A DNA stretch of 32,000 nucleotides from positions 4,020,001 through 4,052,000 of the forward strand of contig OY969938.1 of the NCBI GenBank assembly GCA_963704755.1, given 5' to 3'. Below, in pieces: positions 26,032 through 32,000 of the stretch. The position numbers and the translations under genes were made by a program. The number at the start of each line of letters is the position of its first letter. Position 1 is the stretch's first letter. The notes beneath the pieces were generated by a model, which saw only the letters and a list, made by a program, of their open reading frames with translations, did no database searches and was not told where the DNA came from. Source of the DNA: an uncultured Chloroflexia bacterium. GTDB taxonomy: Bacteria > Chloroflexota > Anaerolineae > Anaerolineales > Anaerolineaceae.

Positions 26032-28182
26032 TCAGCGGTTGGAGCGCAGCGGGCTGATCCGCTTGCGGGCCAGGAAGAATTCTTGCGAATTCAGCGGCGA
26101 TTCGCCATCCGCCGGGGTCACATACTGGAAAGTGCCATCCGGGTTCATCTGGCGCGCTTTGACGTTATCCGACAGGCCGACTTCCAGAATCTCATCGTGG
26201 ATGCGCTGGACCATACTTTTATCCTCGATCGGGAAGAGCACCTCGACGCGCTGGTTGAGGTTGCGCGGCATCAAATCGGCGCTGCCCAGGTAGATTTTTT
26301 CCTCGCCGTTATTGTGGAAATAATAGATACGGCTGTGCTCCAAAAAGCGTCCCACGATCGAAATAACACGGATGTTCTCACTCAACCCGGGGATCCCCGG
26401 CTTGAGGCTGCAAATTCCGCGTGTGATCAAGTCGATCTTCACCCCGGCTTGAGAGGCCTTGTAGAGCAGCTCGATCATGGGTTTATCGACCAGGGCGTTC
26501 ATCTTGAAGATCAACCGGCCGTTGCCATGGTTGCCCTGGTGCTCGATTTCCTTGAGGATCATTTCTTCGAAACGCTGGCGCAGGTTGATCGGTGCGATCA
26601 GCAGCTTGCGGTAATCATTTTTCAAAGAGTAGCCGGTCAGGTAATTGAACAGGTCGGTAGCGTCGCTGGCGATGTCCTCATCGCAGGTGAACAGCGAAAG
26701 GTCCTCGTACACCGTGGCGGTGATGTGGTTGTAATTGCCCGTGCCCAGGTGGACGTAGCGCCGGATGTGGTTGCCCTCCTTGCGGATTACCAGGGCGATC
26801 TTGGAGTGGGTCTTCAAGCCCAGCAAGCCGTAGGTCACGTGGACGCCTTCCTGCTCCAGCAGCCGCGCCCAGCCGATATTGCTTTCTTCGTCGAACCTGG
26901 CCTTCAACTCCACCAGCACGGCTACCTGCTTGCCGTAATCGCGGCGGGCCTGTAAAAGCGCCTTGACCACCGGCGAGTTCGATCCGGTGCGATAGAGGGT
27001 CTGTTTGATGGCCAGCACCTCGGGATCCTTGGCCGCCATGCGTAGGAATTCGATGATCGGCTGAAAGGAATCATAGGGGTGGTGCAGGAGGATATTTTTA
27101 TCGCGGATCGCCGAAAAAATGACGTCCTCGTCCGAATCGTTGTTCAGGCGCAGCGGGCCGGGCGTGTAGGGCACAAAAGGGTGGTCTTTCAGATCGATGC
27201 GTTCGATGCGGGTCAGCGCAATTACACTGCGCAGGCTGAGCGGGCTTTCCAGAACATAGACGTCGTTTTTGTCCACCCGTAAATTGCTGATCAGCAGATC
27301 TTTAAGATTGGAGGGCATGTCCTTTTTGATAATCAGGCGGACTACCGCTCCAAAACGGCGCTTGCGCACGTTGGTCTCCATCGTTTCCAGCAGGTCGGAG
27401 GCTTCCAGCTCCTGGATTTCCATATCGGCGTTGCGAGTGACGTGGAACAGGTGCGCTCCCAGCACATCCATCCCGGGAAAAAGCGCTTGCAGGTTGGCTG
27501 AAATCAAGTCGGCCAGCCAGACGAAATAATGGTGGTAGGGCACCGTGCCGTCTTTGCGCACACTGCCGGAGGAGCGTTTGATCGGGATAAGCTGTGGCAG
27601 CGAATTGGGTACTTTCACCCGGGCGAACAGCGGTTGGCCTTTGCGGCTTTCCAACATCACCGCCAGGTTCAGGCTAAGGTTGGAGATGTGCGGGAAGGGA
27701 TGGCCCGGATCGATGGCCAGGGGCGTTAAAACCGGGAAAACGATCTCGTTGAAGTAGTCGTTGGCGATCTCTTTCTGGTGGTCGGTCAGGTTCTTGTACT
27801 CGCGCACGTGGATCCCGGCCTGGTCCAATTGCGGCAGCAGGTCTTTATGCCAGACTTCGCGGGCTTCGGTCATCAACCCCAGGGCGACTTTGCGGATCTC
27901 AACCAATTGTTCGGCAGCCGTCATGCCGTCGATCGAGAGGTCCGCCACACCTTCCTCACGCTGCATGATCAAACCGCCTACGCGGACCATAAAAAACTCT
28001 TCCAGGTTAGAGCCCACGATAGACAGGAATTTGATCCGCTCCAGCAGCGGGTTGCTCTGGTCTATGACTTCTTGCAGGACCCTGCGTTGGAACTCCAACA
28101 GGCTCAGCTCGCGGTTGATATAAAGAGAAGGGTTCTCCAAATCGAACACAACCGGTTTTACTTCTTGTTCTTCCGTGGGCAT
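26032..28182 (-). CDS. ppk: polyphosphate kinase 1
   Basis: MPTEEQEV...NPSLYINRELSLLEFQRRVLQE... and later ...HSKIALVIRKE...LGTGNYN... and ...GRFLEHSRIYYF... are PPK1 hallmarks. ATG 28182 is chosen because the ORF track's 28257 start overlaps the upstream gene. Confidence 0.9.
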   Translation of the reverse strand: MPTEEQEVKPVVFDLENPSLYINRELSLLEFQRRVLQEVIDQSNPLLERIKFLSIVGSNLEEFFMVRVGGLIMQREEGVADLSIDGMTAAEQLVEIRKVALGLMTEAREVWHKDLLPQLDQAGIHVREYKNLTDHQKEIANDYFNEIVFPVLTPLAIDPGHPFPHISNLSLNLAVMLESRKGQPLFARVKVPNSLPQLIPIKRSSGSVRKDGTVPYHHYFVWLADLISANLQALFPGMDVLGAHLFHVTRNADMEIQELEASDLLETMETNVRKRRFGAVVRLIIKKDMPSNLKDLLISNLRVDKNDVYVLESPLSLRSVIALTRIERIDLKDHPFVPYTPGPLRLNNDSDEDVIFSAIRDKNILLHHPYDSFQPIIEFLRMAAKDPEVLAIKQTLYRTGSNSPVVKALLQARRDYGKQVAVLVELKARFDEESNIGWARLLEQEGVHVTYGLLGLKTHSKIALVIRKEGNHIRRYVHLGTGNYNHITATVYEDLSLFTCDEDIASDATDLFNYLTGYSLKNDYRKLLIAPINLRQRFEEMILKEIEHQGNHGNGRLIFKMNALVDKPMIELLYKASQAGVKIDLITRGICSLKPGIPGLSENIRVISIVGRFLEHSRIYYFHNNGEEKIYLGSADLMPRNLNQRVEVLFPIEDKSMVQRIHDEILEVGLSDNVKARQMNPDGTFQYVTPADGESPLNSQEFFLARKRISPLRSNR

Positions 28183-28219
28183 CGATCGCAACTCACTTTC
28201 TACGCTTTTCCTGGCCGGC

Positions 28220-29326
28220 CTACAGGTTCTTCCTGCGGGCGATGTTTCCCAACACAATCAGGGCCACACCCAAAAGAAAAACACCAATCAATATGCCCCA
28301 CACCAGGCGCGAGGAGCCGGCCTGGAATAAACCTGCCGTGCTGAGGTGGTTATTCGCCTCGGCCGTAGGTGTAAATTCAGGTGTGTCCTCTAAGGTTGGG
28401 GTGAGGCTGTCGACCTCAGACAGCACCGGCCGTGGGGTCAGGGTGGGGGCTTTCGTCGGCGTAACCTGGCTGTCGTCAGTTGTCGGGGTTAGTTGGGCTG
28501 TCCCTTGCGGTGTAGACTGGCTGGCTGGCAATGTTGCGGAGCCCAATACCGTCGCCCGAGCCGTGCCCGATGGTAATGGGATGACGAGCTTTTCGTCAGG
28601 GTAAACAGTCTGATCTTCCGGTGAAAGGCCGTTTACATTAAGAATATCCACAATTTTGACACCGTAGGCGATGGCAATGGCCCATAGCGACTGCCCATAC
28701 TGGACCTGGTGGATGATTCTGCCATCTGTGCCAGGTGTGGCTAAAACAACCGGAGCGATGAATTGCGAAATCGCTTCTTCAGTTGGCACGTCCGCAGGCG
28801 TTTCGCCCGGCGCCAATGTGTGAGCGGTGGTGGCCGTTGGGGCAGCGCCGCTGCCGGTATAAGCTGCCTGGACGATGTAGTACACCGAGCCGTCCGAGGC
28901 AGTGGCGACGCCGGCCCCGATATCCCGGTAGCTGCCGTTGACCATCGGGATCATATGATCCGCGTCCGACCAGATATAGGCAATTTCATCGATGGTCATC
29001 GGGCCGATGGCAAAGTTTTCGGTTGCATAGGCAATCGATCCTCCGCCGTAGCCGGCCGCCATAACCCGTCCGCGAACGTCGCCGATGTGCCAGGTCATAT
29101 TATTGGCCGCCATCGTTTCAGCAGTTTGCTGGGCTGTGCTCATCAAAATACTGTTCACGTTCAGGGCGGTCAGGCCGTTTCCGGCCCGGTCATTATTGAC
29201 CAATGCGATCAGATCGCTGGCGCTAACCTGGTTTTCTTGTTGGGCTCGGACGGTTCCGGGGAAAGTGAGGGCTAAAAGTGCCCCTAAGCAAACGAAAAAA
29301 CTCACCAATCTATGCCTGAATGTCAT
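28220..29326 (-). CDS. secreted CAP/SCP (YkwD-like) + LysM domain protein with P/T-rich linker and C-terminal TM anchor
   Basis: Signal peptide MTFRHRLVSFFVCLGALLALTFPGTVRA. A CAP-like region follows (...LIALVNNDRAGNGLTALNVNSILMSTAQQTAETMAANN...). The LysM domain is IHQVQYGQSLWAIAIAYGVKIVDILNVNGLSPEDQTVYPDEKLVIP. The C-terminal helix is LVWGILIGVFLLGVALIVLGNI. Confidence 0.75.
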   Translation of the reverse strand: MTFRHRLVSFFVCLGALLALTFPGTVRAQQENQVSASDLIALVNNDRAGNGLTALNVNSILMSTAQQTAETMAANNMTWHIGDVRGRVMAAGYGGGSIAYATENFAIGPMTIDEIAYIWSDADHMIPMVNGSYRDIGAGVATASDGSVYYIVQAAYTGSGAAPTATTAHTLAPGETPADVPTEEAISQFIAPVVLATPGTDGRIIHQVQYGQSLWAIAIAYGVKIVDILNVNGLSPEDQTVYPDEKLVIPLPSGTARATVLGSATLPASQSTPQGTAQLTPTTDDSQVTPTKAPTLTPRPVLSEVDSLTPTLEDTPEFTPTAEANNHLSTAGLFQAGSSRLVWGILIGVFLLGVALIVLGNIARRKNL

Positions 29327-29338
29327 ACGGTTATTATA
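29324..29338 (-). promoter_or_regulatory. -10 box TATAAT 6 nt upstream of ATG (leaderless-type start)
   Basis: On the minus strand: TATAAT (29338-29333), then aaccgt, then ATG (29326-29324). There is no SD and the -35 is weak. Confidence 0.45.
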
Positions 29339-29395
29339 CTGAACTCCCGAATTCTGGCTGAAAATTGATTTCTTAGAAATACGTCCGGCACCGGC

Positions 29396-31360
29396 TTAGA
29401 GGTTTTCTTCACCCGGTAGAGGCTGTTGAGATTGATATATCGATATCCGGTTCCGCCCACCTTCTTTGGCCTGGTACAGCGCCTGGTCAGCCTGGCCGAT
29501 CAATTGTTCGAGCAGGACTTGCTTACCCGGGTGGTAACAGGTCAGGCCGATGCTGATGGTGATAGTCGCCTGGCCTTTGGCGGTCATGACAACGATATTT
29601 TCGACCTGCCGGCGCAGTCGTTCGGCGATATCGGCGGCATCCTCGATACCGGTCTCCGGGAGCAAGATCACAAATTCCTCGCCGCCGTAGCGGCCGATGA
29701 TATCGAACATACGCAGGCTGGTGCGGCAGCGCGAAACCAACGCTTCAAGGACCTGGTCGCCAACCGGGTGACCGAAGGTATCGTTAATTTTCTTGAAGTG
29801 GTCGATATCGACCATGATCAAGGTCAGTTCCCGATTGTAGCGGAAAGATCGTTCGATCTCGCTTTGAGCCAGTTGGAAGAAATAGCGCCGGTTGTAGACC
29901 CCCGTTAGCGAATCGGAAATGGCCATTTCGCGCAGGCGATTCTCAGCCTGTTTGCGTTCGGTGATATCGCGAAAACTGAATAACCAGCCCATTTCTTCGC
30001 TTTCAACCATGTAGGGGGTCACGTTTAATTCGACGGCATAGCCGTTCTCAAGGTCGAACGCCTCGATTAAATTCTTGCCCGGGCGTTCGATCATGCGTTC
30101 GAGCAGGCTGTAATACATATTGGGATTGGTGATCTTTTGGGCAATCACATCCAGGGCGCGGATACCGGGCATGCGCGCCCAGTTATCGTTCAATTCAAAC
30201 ATCGCCTTCAGATGGCTGTTGCTCAAAATCACATTCATTTCACGGTCGATGACGAACATTCCACTTACGGTCGATTCGATCACCGCCCCGGTGAGCGCTA
30301 CGGAACGGCGCAGGTCTAGCAGGGTCTTCTTCTGTTCGGTGATATTGCGAAAAAGCAGCAGGTAGCCGGTCCGTTCCTTTTCGTTGTTAATTATCAGGTT
30401 CGCCCGGATCGAATAGAATTCTTCCACACCGCGTACGCGCAGGGCGATTTCTTCGGATTTCTGGTCATTATTGTAGCCTTCCGTATACCAGGATTCGGCC
30501 AGCGGGAGAATGTCACCAACTTTTTTGCCGATCAAACGGGGGAAGGTCATGCCGGAAATCGCCAGCGCAGAAGGGTTGGCATCGATAACTCTTTTTTGGT
30601 CATCCAGCACCAGGATTGCATCGGACATTTTCTCGATCAAGGTCTCGCGCGCAATCGGCACGATATCGAACAGGCGGAAACGGAACAGCGCCAGCCCGAT
30701 GACCAGGTTGCTGATCCCAAAGGTAATGGGGGTCAGCTCCTGCAGCTTAATCTCGACCATCCCGGTCGCCGTCACGATTGAAGTGATCCAGGGGATGAGT
30801 ATCGCAGCCAGGACGACCGCAACCTGGATGCGGTATAGCTGCGGTGCAGTCATGTAATTGACCACCAGGAACAGGCTGGCCAGGACAATCAAGGTGTAGG
30901 CGTAAATGGTATACAACCCAAAGGCCGGTCCGTCCACAAAAACGAGTTTGGGCAGGGTCTCGCTGTATTGGATAATGGGGTTGGTGCGAAATAAATGGGT
31001 AAATAAATCGGTCCAGACCAGCAGCAAAACCAGGATGGCCAGGGGTAAGAGGTATTTCCAGTTCAGCCGGCTCAGCGGAAATTCGCGATAATTATAGTTG
31101 AGCGCGAATCCCAGGTAAAACAATGGCGCAAATACCGCACCCAGGAATTGCACATTGTTCCAGAACAACATTGTTGAAAGCTGTGTGCTCAAAAGCTGCA
31201 GGGTGTAGGCGAGGGTCCAGATAGCCTCGCTTATGGCAATTAATGCAAAAGGAGTTGCAGCTCGAACATTTCGCCTGTGCCAGGCGATTCCTCCAACCCA
31301 TATTGTTATCCCCGCTGATACCAGATAAGGGAGGATCAGTAATAAATTCCGATAGTTCAT
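29396..31360 (-). CDS. membrane sensor diguanylate cyclase (N-terminal ~7 TM domain, two PAS-like domains, GGDEF)
   Basis: The N-terminal ~230 aa are hydrophobic helices. The middle has PAS-like segments. The C-terminal GGDEF domain has an active-site GGEEF and an I-site RMFD five residues upstream (RMFDIIGRYGGEEF). Confidence 0.85.
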   Translation of the reverse strand: MNYRNLLLILPYLVSAGITIWVGGIAWHRRNVRAATPFALIAISEAIWTLAYTLQLLSTQLSTMLFWNNVQFLGAVFAPLFYLGFALNYNYREFPLSRLNWKYLLPLAILVLLLVWTDLFTHLFRTNPIIQYSETLPKLVFVDGPAFGLYTIYAYTLIVLASLFLVVNYMTAPQLYRIQVAVVLAAILIPWITSIVTATGMVEIKLQELTPITFGISNLVIGLALFRFRLFDIVPIARETLIEKMSDAILVLDDQKRVIDANPSALAISGMTFPRLIGKKVGDILPLAESWYTEGYNNDQKSEEIALRVRGVEEFYSIRANLIINNEKERTGYLLLFRNITEQKKTLLDLRRSVALTGAVIESTVSGMFVIDREMNVILSNSHLKAMFELNDNWARMPGIRALDVIAQKITNPNMYYSLLERMIERPGKNLIEAFDLENGYAVELNVTPYMVESEEMGWLFSFRDITERKQAENRLREMAISDSLTGVYNRRYFFQLAQSEIERSFRYNRELTLIMVDIDHFKKINDTFGHPVGDQVLEALVSRCRTSLRMFDIIGRYGGEEFVILLPETGIEDAADIAERLRRQVENIVVMTAKGQATITISIGLTCYHPGKQVLLEQLIGQADQALYQAKEGGRNRISIYQSQQPLPGEENL

Positions 31361-31662
31361 TCCATTGATATTTCGATGTGCTTATCTAAATTTTGAGGCT
31401 GCCAGGTTTGCCTGGGAATAGCAGTTTTTGCGTTTTACGTAGTCAGCAGGTTCCGCCAAAAAACCACCCTTTGCAACCTAAGCTTGAGGAGAAATAAACT
31501 CCAATTATCATAACGGATTATCGGAATTTTGGGTTAATAGTTTTGCAAGGTGGGCAGCGGGGACTTGTTTAATCCAATTAACTTGTAATAACGGCGTTTC
31601 GCCCCCCATCCCCGCTTCTCCCCAAATCAAAACCCGATTTAGAGGAAAGGGCCGGATTTGTC

Positions 31663-31690
31663 TTGACATTCTAATCGTCGCAGCTAAAAT
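31663..31690 (+). promoter_or_regulatory. sigma-70-type promoter
   Basis: TTGACA (31663-31668), a 16-nt spacer, then TAAAAT (31685-31690). A palindrome AGTGTA-gatag-TACACT (31691-31707) follows immediately. The next + strand ATG lies ~190 nt downstream. Confidence 0.55.
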
Positions 31691-31745
31691 AGTGTAGATA
31701 GTACACTAAAAGACCCGACCAGAAGCCCTGGTCGATTTGTCGAAA

Positions 31746-31864
31746 TTGCGTAATTGCTCAGAATCCTGTTGAAAAGTCCCTGAATTTGAGGTGTATGCGG
31801 GGGCAAAGCCCCCGCATACACCTCAAATTCAGGTTTCTTACCCCCAGGTCGAGTAGTTACGCAA
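31746..31864. repeat. modular palindromic element, copy C (core type I)
   Basis: Outer repeats are TTGCGTAATTGCTCAGA (31746-31762) and TCGAGTAGTTACGCAA (31849-31864), with 16- and 15-nt spacers. The core spans 31779-31833: CCTGAATTTGAGGTGTATGCGGGGG, loop caaag, CCCCCGCATACACCTCAAATTCAGG (25 perfect bp). Confidence 0.8.
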
Positions 31865-31884
31865 CAACATTAAAGGAGCAAAAA

Positions 31885-32000
31885 ATGAACAACAGCCTGG
31901 CCGAGAGCAGTCGACCGTTTTTAGATTTCCTGGATACCTGGATAGAGCGCCTGCCGGACATCCAGTGGGACGATATTTTAAGCGACCCCCGCCGTACCGG
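31885..32000 (+). CDS. 5' end of a hypothetical protein gene, partial (runs off window)
   Basis: RBS AAAGGAG lies 6 nt before ATG 31885. The frame is open to the window end (MNNSLAESSRPFLDFLDTWIERLPDIQWDDILSDPRRT...). No family was recognised. Confidence 0.5.
   Translation, partial: MNNSLAESSRPFLDFLDTWIERLPDIQWDDILSDPRRT

Noticed and set aside
21939-26955. Long opposite-strand ORFs inside sucA, sucB and ppk (21939-23000 -, 24766-25452 -, 26083-26955 +).
   Set aside because: These are shadow ORFs opposite confidently identified housekeeping genes. Their composition is junk-like and they have no RBS.
13081-28182. Phosphate-themed neighbourhood (pstSCAB and ppk1 within 15 kb) as a functional island.
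   Set aside because: The genes are separated by unrelated housekeeping genes on both strands and show no sign of co-transcription or mobility. This is ordinary chromosomal context.
31362-31398. TCCATTGAT (also flanking elements E and B) and AAATTTTGAGG (like a type I arm) next to the GGDEF gene start.
   Set aside because: These are single short matches. A 9-mer recurring once in 32 kb is close to chance expectation, and no partner arm or outer motif is nearby.
16536-31864. Could the repeated hairpins be a CRISPR array or integron attC sites?
   Set aside because: They are not CRISPR: the copies are kilobases apart, each is an internal palindrome, and there are no regularly spaced direct repeats and no cas genes. 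They are not attC: the outer motifs do not fit RYYYAAC/GTTRRRY, the flanking genes are divergent core housekeeping genes and not unidirectional cassettes, and there is no intI.
1-32000. Search for defence systems, toxin-antitoxin pairs, anti-defence genes or novel enzymatic operons.
   Set aside because: Every substantial ORF is accounted for by phage structural or housekeeping functions. The only unassigned proteins are small phage head or tail accessory ORFs in canonical positions.

Overview
The window has two parts. (1) Positions 1-12959 are the late structural module of an HK97-like siphovirus-type prophage, all on the + strand with tightly coupled genes. The order is terminase 3' end, portal, ClpP-like prohead protease, major capsid with a fused delta domain, small head genes, head-tail connector genes, major tail protein, a chaperone pair, tape measure, distal tail protein and two tail fibres. 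The module ends about 280 bp from the 3' end of a tRNA-Val(CAC) gene. No integrase, lysis or regulatory genes are in the window. (2) Positions 12960-32000 are ordinary chromosomal housekeeping DNA: tRNA-Val, pstSCAB, a Cys-rich protein, a long (Thermus-type) isocitrate dehydrogenase, a secreted lipoprotein, a DinB-like protein, yjbQ, sucA-sucB, ppk1, a CAP+LysM secreted protein and a 7TM-PAS-GGDEF cyclase. I found no recognisable defence, toxin-antitoxin, CRISPR or secondary-metabolite system. The most unusual signal is non-coding. Nearly every host intergenic region carries a long, almost perfect hairpin (17-27 bp stems). Five of these share one modular ~111-bp architecture: a 13-nt outer repeat, a 16-nt spacer, a 55-nt core hairpin, a 15-16-nt spacer and a 12-nt inverted outer repeat. 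Their cores are interchangeable and every arm substitution is compensated, and most lie between divergent genes where a terminator is not expected. Other points worth a second look are a +1 frame break in the tail-completion gene, an ambiguous chaperone junction (C6 slippery run versus ATGA coupling), a GC drop in the distal tail-fibre gene, several apparently leaderless genes (TATAAT 6 nt before the ATG), and phased octamer and GGACA repeat arrays in two intergenic regions. All protein calls come from reading the translations by eye; no database search was possible.
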